DNA from: a virus
Lineage: Duplodnaviria; Heunggongvirae; Uroviricota; Caudoviricetes
Virus record (IMG/VR): IMGVR_UViG_2728369592_000008
Direction: 5' to 3' (one strand)
Length of the DNA: 20,348 nucleotides
Below the pieces are notes generated by a model, which saw only the letters and a program-made list of their open reading frames with translations, made no database searches and was not told where the DNA came from. Below, piece by piece: positions 1 to 7,945 of the stretch. A program made the position numbers and the translations under genes. Position 1 is the stretch's first letter, and each line of letters starts with the position of its first letter.

Positions 1-1254
1 ATGCTGGAACAAATGGGCATTGCCGCGAAGCAAGCCTCTTATAAATTAGCGCAACTCTCCAGCCGCGAAAAAAATCGCGTGCTGGAAAAAATCGCCGATG
101 AACTGGAAGCACAAAGCGAAATCATCCTCAACGCTAACGCCCAGGATGTTGCTGACGCGCGTGCCAATGGCCTTAGCGAAGCGATGCTTGACCGTCTGGC
201 ACTGACGCCCGCACGGCTGAAAGGCATTGCCGACGATGTGCGCCAGGTGTGCAATCTCGCCGATCCGGTGGGGCGGGTAATCGATGGCGGCGTACTGGAC
301 AGTGGCCTGCGTCTGGAGCGTCGTCGCGTACCGCTGGGGGTTATTGGCGTGATTTATGAAGCGCGCCCGAACGTGACGGTTGATGTCGCTTCGCTGTGCC
401 TGAAAACAGGTAACGCAGTGATCCTGCGCGGCGGCAAAGAAACGTGTCGCACTAACGCGGCAACGGTGGCAGTGATTCAGGACGCCCTGAAATCCTGTGG
501 CTTACCGGCGGGTGCCGTGCAGGCGATTGATAATCCTGACCGTGCGCTGGTCAGTGAAATGCTGCGTATGGATAAATACATCGACATGCTGATCCCGCGC
601 GGCGGGGCTGGTTTGCATAAACTGTGCCGCGAACAGTCGACAATTCCGGTGATCACTGGTGGTATAGGCGTATGCCATATTTACGTTGATGAAAGCGCAG
701 AGATCGCTGAAGCATTAAAAGTGATCGTCAACGCGAAAACTCAGCGACCGAGCACATGTAATACGGTAGAAACGTTGCTGGTAAATAAAAACATCGCAGA
801 TAGCTTCCTGCCCGCATTAAGCAAGCAAATGGCGGAAAGTGGCGTGACGTTACACGCAGATGCTGCTGCGCTGGCGCAGTTGCAGGCAGGCCCCGCGAAG
901 GTGGTGGCTGTTAAAGCCGAAGAGTATGACGATGAGTTCCTGTCATTAGACTTGAACGTCAAAATTGTCAGCGATCTTGACGATGCTATCGCCCATATTC
1001 GTGAACACGGCACGCAACACTCCGATGCGATCCTGACCCGCGATATGCGCAACGCCCAGCGTTTTGTTAATGAAGTAGATTCATCCGCTGTTTACGTTAA
1101 CGCCTCTACGCGTTTTACCGACGGCGGCCAGTTTGGACTGGGCGCGGAAGTGGCGGTAAGCACACAAAAACTCCACGCGCGTGGCCCGATGGGCCTGGAA
1201 GCACTGACCACTTACAAGTGGATCGGCATCGGTGATTACACCATTCGTGCGTAA
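1..1254 (+). CDS. proA: gamma-glutamyl phosphate reductase (glutamate-5-semialdehyde dehydrogenase)
   Basis: Full 417 aa ORF; I recognise the sequence ([16 protein letters not shown] ... [11 protein letters not shown]) as enterobacterial ProA. It sits immediately upstream of thrW, as in E. coli. Confidence 0.95.
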   Translation: MLEQMGIAAKQASYKLAQLSSREKNRVLEKIADELEAQSEIILNANAQDVADARANGLSEAMLDRLALTPARLKGIADDVRQVCNLADPVGRVIDGGVLDSGLRLERRRVPLGVIGVIYEARPNVTVDVASLCLKTGNAVILRGGKETCRTNAATVAVIQDALKSCGLPAGAVQAIDNPDRALVSEMLRMDKYIDMLIPRGGAGLHKLCREQSTIPVITGGIGVCHIYVDESAEIAEALKVIVNAKTQRPSTCNTVETLLVNKNIADSFLPALSKQMAESGVTLHADAAALAQLQAGPAKVVAVKAEEYDDEFLSLDLNVKIVSDLDDAIAHIREHGTQHSDAILTRDMRNAQRFVNEVDSSAVYVNASTRFTDGGQFGLGAEVAVSTQKLHARGPMGLEALTTYKWIGIGDYTIRA

Positions 1255-1368
1255 ATAAAACCGGGTGATGCAAAAGTAGCCATTTGATTCACAAGGCCAT
1301 TGACGCATCGCCCGGTTAGTTTTAACCTTGTCCACCGTGATTCACGTTCGTGAACATGTCCTTTCAGG

Positions 1369-1444
1369 GCCGATATAGCTCAGTTGGTAGAGCAGCGCAT
1401 TCGTAATGCGAAGGTCGTAGGTTCGACTCCTATTATCGGCACCA
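1369..1444 (+). tRNA. thrW: tRNA-Thr, anticodon CGT (decodes ACG)
   Basis: 76 nt, GCCGATATAGCTCAGTTGGTAGAGC ... GGTTCGACTCCTATTATCGGCACCA; anticodon CGT at 1402-1404; encoded CCA end; T-arm GGTTCGACTCC. Confidence 0.9.
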
Positions 1445-1460
1445 TTCAAACATCTCCCCA

Positions 1461-1548
1461 AGTCTACTAAAGTCTTTCAAAACCCCTTATAATCCGCGTA
1501 TTAAAGCCCCGCTCGTCTTTTGACGTCTACTAAAGTCCCTCAAAATCT
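1461..1548 (+). repeat. Two direct repeats sharing GTCTACTAAAGTC...TCAAAA in attL; candidate integrase arm-type or accessory-factor sites
   Basis: AGTCTACTAAAGTCTTTCAAAACC (1461-1484) and CGTCTACTAAAGTCCCTCAAAATC (1525-1548), between the tRNA end and int. Confidence 0.5.
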
Positions 1549-1609
1549 ACGGTCAGATGGGGGTACTTATGGGGGTATTTGCTGTTCGGTTTAGTGGAGG
1601 TACCCCCAA

Positions 1610-2824
1610 GTGAAACTCAATGCCCGTCAAATAGACACAGCCAAGCCAAAAGAGAAGGCTTACAAGCTGGCCGATGGTGGCGGTTTGTATCTCTTGGTAA
1701 AACCTAATGGAGGTAAATACTGGCGACTTAAATATCGTGTAGCTGGTAAAGAGAAGCTATTGGCACTAGGTGTTTATCCTGAGGTTACTCTAGCCGATGC
1801 TCGGGCAAAACGTGAAGATGCGAAAAGAGGTATCGCTGGTGGTATCGATCCGATGGAAGCGAAACGAGAGGAAAAGATTGCCCGGGAAACGCAGTTAAAC
1901 AACACCTTCAAAGATATTGCCATTGAGTGGCACAGCAGCAAATTAAAAAAATGGTCTGCTGGTTATGCTTCAGACATCCTCGAAGCCTTCAACAAAGATG
2001 TGTTCCCTTACATTGGCAAAAAACCCATCGCCGAAATCAAACCACTTGAACTTCTGAATGTGCTGCGTCGCATCGAGGGGCGCGGTGCTACAGAAAAAGC
2101 CAAAAAAGTGAGGCAACGGTGCGGGGAAGTTTTCCGCTATGCAATAGTCACTGGTCGCGCAGAGTATAACCCTGCACCAGACCTTACTAGCGCGATGCAA
2201 GGCCATGAATCTAATCATTACCCTTTCCTTACAGCCAAAGAATTACCTGATTTTTTCAAGGCATTGTCCAGTTACTCAGGAAGCGCATTGGTTGTTATGG
2301 CGGCTCGTCTACTGATTATCACCGGCTTGCGGACTGGCGAACTACGTGGCGCATTATGGGATGAAATTGATTTCAACAAGGCTATCTGGGAGATACCCGC
2401 TTCACGTATGAAAATGCGGCGGACTCATATTGTGCCATTGTCTGAGCAGGCTCTTTCGCTTATTGGGAAGATTAGAGAAATAACAGGCAATTACCCTCTT
2501 ATGTTTCCCGGGCGCAATGATCCAAGGAAAACAATGAGCGAGGCCAGCATAAACCAAGTGTTTAAGCGCATTGGCTACGCTGGACGTGTAACTGGTCATG
2601 GGTTCCGGCACACTATGAGTACGATTTTGCATGAGCAGGGCTATAACACCGCGTGGATAGAAACGCAGCTCGCTCACGTTGATAAGAACTCAATTCGTGG
2701 CACATACAACCATGCGCAATATCTGGATGGAAGGCGGGAGATGCTTCAATGGTATGCCGACTATATGGATTCTCTCGAGCATGGCGGAAATGTGGTGCAT
2801 ATGGTGTTTGAAAAACACGCATGA
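1610..2824 (+). CDS. Tyrosine-type site-specific integrase (P4-like integrase family)
   Basis: 404 aa, GTG start with GGAGG at 1596-1600. N-terminal arm-binding-like region (KLADGGGLYLLVKPNGGKYWRLKYR), C-terminal catalytic region with HGFRHT and the presumed catalytic Tyr in RGTYNHAQY. tRNA-adjacent. Confidence 0.9.
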   Translation: MKLNARQIDTAKPKEKAYKLADGGGLYLLVKPNGGKYWRLKYRVAGKEKLLALGVYPEVTLADARAKREDAKRGIAGGIDPMEAKREEKIARETQLNNTFKDIAIEWHSSKLKKWSAGYASDILEAFNKDVFPYIGKKPIAEIKPLELLNVLRRIEGRGATEKAKKVRQRCGEVFRYAIVTGRAEYNPAPDLTSAMQGHESNHYPFLTAKELPDFFKALSSYSGSALVVMAARLLIITGLRTGELRGALWDEIDFNKAIWEIPASRMKMRRTHIVPLSEQALSLIGKIREITGNYPLMFPGRNDPRKTMSEASINQVFKRIGYAGRVTGHGFRHTMSTILHEQGYNTAWIETQLAHVDKNSIRGTYNHAQYLDGRREMLQWYADYMDSLEHGGNVVHMVFEKHA

Positions 2825-2967
2825 AACAACTGGACAAGTATACAGAGGTTTACTAAAGTATAGGGGAGTAGATTGATAAAAACTCACAGAGGATTGCTAT
2901 TTAACAGTTAGCCCTGGAGAAGGGCAATCGCTCTTTTATAAACGAAGGTGTATTGAGCCTTCTACGT

Positions 2968-3031
2968 CGCTGACAAAGCGGAATGTTCTTTAACAGGCTT
3001 TGGCGCTGACAAAGCGCAATTGTTCTTTAAA
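2968..3031 (+). promoter_or_regulatory. Two ~28 bp tandem direct repeats (CGCTGACAAAGCG-AAT-TTCTTTAA) in the int-alpA intergenic region
   Basis: 2968-2995 and 3004-3031 nearly identical; followed by a 13 bp inverted repeat AAGACCGCAATAT / ATATTGTGGTCTT at 3133-3165 upstream of alpA. Confidence 0.45.
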
Positions 3032-3252
3032 ACTACTGGATGTCACGCCTAATAGCGTGATCCTGCCGAAATGCAGGGTAGCTCTACCCTTGTGGAGCAA
3101 ACAAACCAAAACAATCTGACTATCTTTTATAAAAGACCGCAATATGTTTTTCATATTGTGGTCTTTGGCGTATTCGACATTTGACGCAAATAAAACTCTC
3201 GCCATTCGTTGCAGGAGGGAGTTATTGCGTCATTAGTACAGGATATTAATAA

Positions 3253-3456
3253 ATGGCTAATTACAATTCATTAATTCGTCTCTCTGAAGTTCAAAGGCGA
3301 ACTGGTTATAGCAAAGCATGGATTTATCGTCTTATTAGTCAGGGGAGGTTCCCTAAACAGGTAAAAATTGGAAGTCGGGCAATTGCTTTTGTTGAGTCTG
3401 AAATAGATGAATGGATTGAGAAGTGTATATTAGAATCTAGAGACGAGGTGGCCTGA
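3253..3456 (+). CDS. alpA: AlpA-family phage transcriptional regulator (small HTH DNA-binding protein)
   Basis: 67 aa; LIRLSEVQRRTGYSKAWIYRLISQGRFPKQVKIGSRAIAFVESEIDEWI is typical of AlpA / prophage CP4-57 regulator family; position right after the integrase. Confidence 0.8.
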   Translation: MANYNSLIRLSEVQRRTGYSKAWIYRLISQGRFPKQVKIGSRAIAFVESEIDEWIEKCILESRDEVA

Positions 3457-3887
3457 TGGAAAAGAAAAACCGCCCATTACAGGCGGCTAATTCAGATATT
3501 CGTGTATCTGATGTTACGCCCCTTACAAAATCCCTTCAAGCACCAAAGCGCACACCGAAAAAGCATCGTGCCAGAGTCTATATGCTGCGTACTGGTATAG
3601 AGGGATGGACAGAAAATGACATTCTTCGCTACTGCCGTCTGTCTTCTGGTCGTAACTATGCAACAGAGTTAGAACGCCAGCTTGGAATCACTCTGGAGCG
3701 TATCGACGAAAAGAATCCTGATGGTATCGGAACACACCTTCGCTACCGTTTCTCCTGCCGTGGTGATGTTCTGAAAGTGATCACTCATATTAACCATCTT
3801 GCGAACATAAATGATCACAACGGACTTTCTCAGCAGGAAATTGCCGACATTCTGAAACTCTACCCGGACGCGTTTAACGCCGCCTAA
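3456..3887 (+). CDS. Hypothetical protein (basic N-terminus); start overlaps the alpA stop
   Basis: 143 aa ORF, ATG overlapping the alpA TGA (translational coupling). No family recognised. Confidence 0.55.
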   Translation: MEKKNRPLQAANSDIRVSDVTPLTKSLQAPKRTPKKHRARVYMLRTGIEGWTENDILRYCRLSSGRNYATELERQLGITLERIDEKNPDGIGTHLRYRFSCRGDVLKVITHINHLANINDHNGLSQQEIADILKLYPDAFNAA

Positions 3888-3899
3888 CGGAGACTGAAA

Positions 3900-4733
3900 A
3901 TGAACATCGAAAAAAGCAGATTAATTTCTGAGGCCGCCCCTCATCTGAACGCCTCTCTGGGCACAATTAACGGTAATGAATTTGCCGCAATTGTCCCGGT
4001 TATTCCTGGTCATATCGGTGGGCGTGAAACCAATATTGTTAGCGCAAAAGCGTTACACAAAGCGTTGGGCGTGGGAAAAGACTTCTCTACATGGATCACT
4101 GATCGCATCTCTGAATATGACTTCACCATTGGGCACGATTACTCAGTCCATAAAACAATTTCCCCAAATTTGGGGAAAAGCCCGAATGGCGCGGCTTACA
4201 GCAAGATAAAGCACTCTGGCAGACCCGGCAAAGACTATCTGTTAAGTGTCGGAATGGCGAAAGAACTGGCAATGATCGAACGCAATGATCAGGGTCGCGC
4301 TATCCGCCGTTATTTCATCCAGTGCGAGGAAGAATTACAGCGTAGCGTGCCTGAAATCGCCGCCCGCTATCGTCGCCAGCTAAAAGCCCGTCTCAGTGCC
4401 GCAAACAACTTTAAGCCAATGTGCGATGCGCTGAATATGGCCCGTGCCGAGATGGGTAAAACGACGCAGCAACACCACTACACAAACGAGAGCAATATGA
4501 TTTCTCGTATCGTTCTTGGTGGGCTAACTGCTAAGCAGTGGGCGCGGATAAATGGCTATTCTGGCGAACCTCGCGACCATATGAACGCAGAACAGCTTGA
4601 GCACCTCTCATATCTCGAAAGCACCAATATCACGTTAATTGATATGGGCATGGAATATGAGCAGCGCAAAGGAGAACTCACCCGCCTGTCGCAACGCTGG
4701 CTCGCCAAGCGTCTGGAGGTGGTCAATGTCTAA
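3900..4733 (+). CDS. Phage antirepressor-like protein (AntA/KilAC-type DNA-binding domain), tentative
   Basis: 277 aa; segment DYLLSVGMAKELAMIERNDQGRAIRRYFIQCEEEL resembles the conserved core of phage antirepressor / Rha-like domains. Recognition by eye only. Confidence 0.5.
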   Translation: MNIEKSRLISEAAPHLNASLGTINGNEFAAIVPVIPGHIGGRETNIVSAKALHKALGVGKDFSTWITDRISEYDFTIGHDYSVHKTISPNLGKSPNGAAYSKIKHSGRPGKDYLLSVGMAKELAMIERNDQGRAIRRYFIQCEEELQRSVPEIAARYRRQLKARLSAANNFKPMCDALNMARAEMGKTTQQHHYTNESNMISRIVLGGLTAKQWARINGYSGEPRDHMNAEQLEHLSYLESTNITLIDMGMEYEQRKGELTRLSQRWLAKRLEVVNV

Positions 4734-4908
4734 GCCAACAGGAACACCACAACCACAAAAACGCTACAAAGATGCCCACGGAGCACTCGTTACTGTCGAA
4801 AGCGTGTCTCACAACCGAGTGACGTTTTATCGCGACGGGTATCAATCGCCATGCGTACAACCGCTGGCGCGTTTCATGAAGGAGTTCGCGGAGGTTAACA
4901 AATGCTAA
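4726..4908 (+). CDS. Small hypothetical protein (60 aa)
   Basis: ATG at 4726 preceded by GGAGGTGG (4714-4721); it is the in-frame internal start of the listed 4639-4908 ORF and overlaps the end of the upstream gene. Confidence 0.45.
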   Translation: MSKPTGTPQPQKRYKDAHGALVTVESVSHNRVTFYRDGYQSPCVQPLARFMKEFAEVNKC

Positions 4909-5969
4909 CCGTCCAGAAGAAGACATTTTCACTGGCTGGTATGTCGCCAAAATCCAGCAATATGACGGCAAAGTCAGGCATTAATACCGCAGATACAAGC
5001 AAAGTTTATCATTTGCTGGTGGTCGGAACGGATGCCTTAACCATATCAGAAATCTCGGGCGATGATATTAGCATTGAGAAGGTCAGCGGCTGCGCCAGAA
5101 AATTTCTGGTCGTAGATGATGTCTTCCGCTCGTGTAGTGACTCCACAAAAACATTCGTCCACGCGCGTGACGTTAACGAAATGAGCGCGATGTACTGTGC
5201 ATCTGGTGCTTCCAATAGCGAGTTTTCGGAGTCCATAAAAAAGAGCTTGCCGTTATGCGGCAACACGGTTTATGGTTATAAGGCACCTCATAAAACGGGT
5301 GCCGGGATTGGCGTCCTGGTAAATCGAATGGCGACATATGACGCGCCGAGCGTCTTTTTTTATGTCGTAGGTCTGACTCACCCATTTTTTGGGCGTTGGT
5401 GTATAATCCAGCGCCTTTGTCAATCAATGGTGGCTCAGGCAGGGGCTTCTTCGGAAGCGCCGGTATCCATTCGAGCCGGTTACGCCAACCCTGTCTGGGC
5501 TACCACCAGCGAAATTGGCGTTTCCGGTGGTAGCGTTACATGCTATCGAATGGAGGCTGCCACATGCTGGCTACTACCCCTACCCAAAAACCGCAATTTA
5601 TCTGGATTATCGCCGCAGTTCGCCGCGATTGCCCGACAATTACCGCCAAAATTCATCATATTGCTGCCGAGTCTGAACGCGATGCTCGCCGTTCTCTGGT
5701 GCGCGATCACGTCTGCTTTTTTGCTGGTCGTATCCGCATGGAGGTGGCTCATGATTAAAACCTACGATGTGCATATGGATCCCCTCGAACGCACAAGCCA
5801 GATCATCACACTGACAGAAGTGATTAACGACATTCTGGTGAGCAACTCTCCCTCACGAGACGAAAGACTGAAGGCGTTACTCGCGATATTGGATCTCGCC
5901 GTTCGTGACGTTCATTTCCTGCTGGAAGGTGGCGAAATGCCAGGAAAAACGGGGGCAACCAATGAATAA
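4902..5969 (+). CDS. Unresolved ORF (355 aa as read); possibly a fusion artefact or overprinted region, with a likely independent 72 aa gene at 5751-5969
   Basis: Start at 4902 has a good RBS (GGAGG 4890-4894) and the frame stays open for 355 codons, but the middle section has atypical Ser/Cys/Trp-rich composition. An in-frame ATG at 5751 has its own strong RBS (GGAGGTGG 5740-5747). Confidence 0.3.
   Translation: MLTVQKKTFSLAGMSPKSSNMTAKSGINTADTSKVYHLLVVGTDALTISEISGDDISIEKVSGCARKFLVVDDVFRSCSDSTKTFVHARDVNEMSAMYCASGASNSEFSESIKKSLPLCGNTVYGYKAPHKTGAGIGVLVNRMATYDAPSVFFYVVGLTHPFFGRWCIIQRLCQSMVAQAGASSEAPVSIRAGYANPVWATTSEIGVSGGSVTCYRMEAATCWLLPLPKNRNLSGLSPQFAAIARQLPPKFIILLPSLNAMLAVLWCAITSAFLLVVSAWRWLMIKTYDVHMDPLERTSQIITLTEVINDILVSNSPSRDERLKALLAILDLAVRDVHFLLEGGEMPGKTGATNE
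5564..5758 (+). CDS. Small hypothetical protein (64 aa), alternative frame nested in the 4902-5969 ORF
   Basis: ATG 5564 with GGAGG at 5552-5556; protein-like composition ([15 protein letters not shown]); stop overlaps the ATG at 5751. Conflicts with the 4902-5969 reading; only one model can be fully right. Confidence 0.35.
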   Translation: MLATTPTQKPQFIWIIAAVRRDCPTITAKIHHIAAESERDARRSLVRDHVCFFAGRIRMEVAHD

Positions 5970-6156
5970 CTCAATTAATACCCCTCGCCTTACGTCCGCA
6001 CTTCAATTAATCGAGCAAGCAGCGGCTGTCCTGGTTGCTGTCAGTCTTTCGGCTGAAGAAATGGACGCTGCTGATGTCGTGGATGCGATTAAAGCGTGCT
6101 CATCTTTGGTTAACGATGCCCGTGCCGAGCTGGTAATTCTTGGGGGTGAAAAATGA
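5962..6156 (+). CDS. Small hypothetical protein (64 aa)
   Basis: ATG 5962 preceded by a G-rich RBS, overlaps upstream stop; part of a chain of coupled small ORFs. Confidence 0.45.
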   Translation: MNNSINTPRLTSALQLIEQAAAVLVAVSLSAEEMDAADVVDAIKACSSLVNDARAELVILGGEK

Positions 6157-6416
6157 ATATCAACTTAATTTATCGTCATCCGTGTGAGCTGGAAATTGAA
6201 TCATTGCTGGGGCGTGAAGAGCCATATCCAGACACATTCACTCCCGCAGATTGCGCGACTGAACGGCTTACCAGAGCGCGCACAGGTCTGGTTCATGTGA
6301 TGAATGAGATTGTTCCCTCGGTGGGAGGGGAACAGGCGACAGTAATCAATAGCTGGCTACAAAAAGTTACCTCCCTGATAGATATCGGTTTAATCGATGT
6401 GGAGAGTGCGAAATGA
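6153..6416 (+). CDS. Small hypothetical protein (87 aa)
   Basis: ATGA start/stop overlap with the upstream ORF. Confidence 0.5.
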   Translation: MNINLIYRHPCELEIESLLGREEPYPDTFTPADCATERLTRARTGLVHVMNEIVPSVGGEQATVINSWLQKVTSLIDIGLIDVESAK

Positions 6417-6634
6417 CCAACATCCAGCTCATTGAAGCGCAATGTCGCATCGAACAGGTTCAGACTGTTTTAGGGTTCTGGCTTGAAGGGGCCAGCCCCA
6501 GCAACAGAGACAAGTTAATGATTGGCGCGGTTATGTCACTGCTTAATGGCGTACCAGAAGCTATTCAGGAAGCGGACGAATTGTTGGGCAAATATGAGTT
6601 ACAGAATCATTCAGGCGAGGCGAAACATGAATAA
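6413..6634 (+). CDS. Small hypothetical protein (73 aa)
   Basis: ATGA start/stop overlap with the upstream ORF. Confidence 0.5.
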   Translation: MTNIQLIEAQCRIEQVQTVLGFWLEGASPSNRDKLMIGAVMSLLNGVPEAIQEADELLGKYELQNHSGEAKHE

Positions 6635-7229
6635 TTTCTTAACTTTCCATGCAGAAGCAACGCCTGACGGCGTAAACATCATGTACCGCAGCAACGATGG
6701 CATGACAGAACGCGTTGAGGCCATCTCATATATTGATGCCGTAAATCGTCTGGATGCCGGGGATTATGACGATAAACCAGATGAAGGTATGTCAATACAT
6801 CTCGCTATTGCCGATGGCGGCAACCAGGGATATTTCGATTACACATCACAGCATAACGTCATTATGTGGAGATGGCTGATCGCAACAGTATTCATGCTGG
6901 AAATGAGAGAGGAAAACGGCACTGTCAGCATCATTGATGATACTGGCAATCCTTCCGAAGTGGCTGTTTATTCCAACGGCATCGTCGCCATGCCGCTGTA
7001 TCCAGTAGCAGAGCGCCTCGCTATGGCAAACAACATTGAGGGCGCGATGATAGAACGTTTTGGCATCGAGTCTGGCACAGAACGCGCCATCATTTTCTAC
7101 AGAGCCATGATGGATGTGGAACAAGGAGCACTGACTCCATTTGGTCGTGAAACGCTTGCTGAACTTCACAACAGCTTTATAGCTGAACTGAATGAAAACG
7201 GCATGCCAGCGGAACCAGTGACGCACTGA
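6627..7229 (+). CDS. Hypothetical protein (200 aa)
   Basis: In-frame ATG at 6627 overlapping the previous stop; the listed 6522 start would overlap the upstream gene by ~110 nt and is less likely. Confidence 0.5.
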   Translation: MNNFLTFHAEATPDGVNIMYRSNDGMTERVEAISYIDAVNRLDAGDYDDKPDEGMSIHLAIADGGNQGYFDYTSQHNVIMWRWLIATVFMLEMREENGTVSIIDDTGNPSEVAVYSNGIVAMPLYPVAERLAMANNIEGAMIERFGIESGTERAIIFYRAMMDVEQGALTPFGRETLAELHNSFIAELNENGMPAEPVTH

Positions 7230-7239
7230 GGATGGAGCC

Positions 7240-7581
7240 ATGATTACTAAAAATTTCCGACTGAATGCGCTGGCAAATAAGTATGCGTCGGCACTGTATA
7301 ACCACATTACCTCCACCAGCGGCGGGGACTATTTCATGGTTGATGCGGACGGCGAGGCCGTCCGTGTGGAAATCGTCAATGGAGTAAAAGGCGTTCGCAG
7401 CCTGATCGATAGCTACACACTGGCAGCCATGAAAGTGTTCTACCCGCAGTGGGAAACCGTGGGGATCGAGCTTCTTGAACGTTGCGTCACTAAGGACGGA
7501 TTGACTGACGTCGGGCGTGAGATATGGCAAAGCATGGTTAATGACATGGGCGCAACTGTAGCGGGAGGTTCTCATGCGTGA
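7240..7581 (+). CDS. Hypothetical protein (113 aa)
   Basis: ORF with GGATGGAG RBS upstream; co-oriented with neighbours. Confidence 0.5.
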   Translation: MITKNFRLNALANKYASALYNHITSTSGGDYFMVDADGEAVRVEIVNGVKGVRSLIDSYTLAAMKVFYPQWETVGIELLERCVTKDGLTDVGREIWQSMVNDMGATVAGGSHA

Positions 7582-7945
7582 AAATGCAGAAATGGCGCTT
7601 AGCTCCGCAATCGGAGAGCAGGTGGCAAAGATTGCTGGTGCTGTGTGGATTCATAACCTTCATTCTACTGGTGAAGAGAAAATGGTAATTCAGACGCCAG
7701 AGGGACGCACCATTACTACATCTCTGAAGCCGTCAGATGTTTGTGATCTGATTTGCGCATTCATGTACCCAGCAATGAGGACTGTCCACGGCGATAAGTG
7801 GAAACTTGCGACAACCGCTGAATTTGATATGTGGCTAAACAATGATGGCATGCTGACTGATTACGGAATAACCAAGTGGCAGATGCTGGTTAGCCATATC
7901 GCAAACGCTATAGACCACGTGGGGTACGGTGATGCGAAACATTGA
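7574..7945 (+). CDS. Hypothetical protein (123 aa)
   Basis: ORF with GGGAGG RBS; overlaps neighbours at both ends. Confidence 0.5.
   Translation: MRENAEMALSSAIGEQVAKIAGAVWIHNLHSTGEEKMVIQTPEGRTITTSLKPSDVCDLICAFMYPAMRTVHGDKWKLATTAEFDMWLNNDGMLTDYGITKWQMLVSHIANAIDHVGYGDAKH

Noticed and set aside
1260-1315. Possible terminator hairpin after proA (ACCGGGTGATG ... CATCGCCCGGT)
   Set aside because: The stem has a mismatch and a ~34 nt loop and is not followed by a clean T-run; too weak to annotate.
4902-5560. Reverse-strand ORFs 5009-5266 and 5173-5427 as alternative genes in the unresolved region
   Set aside because: No RBS, poor composition, and they oppose the otherwise uniform plus-strand early operon.
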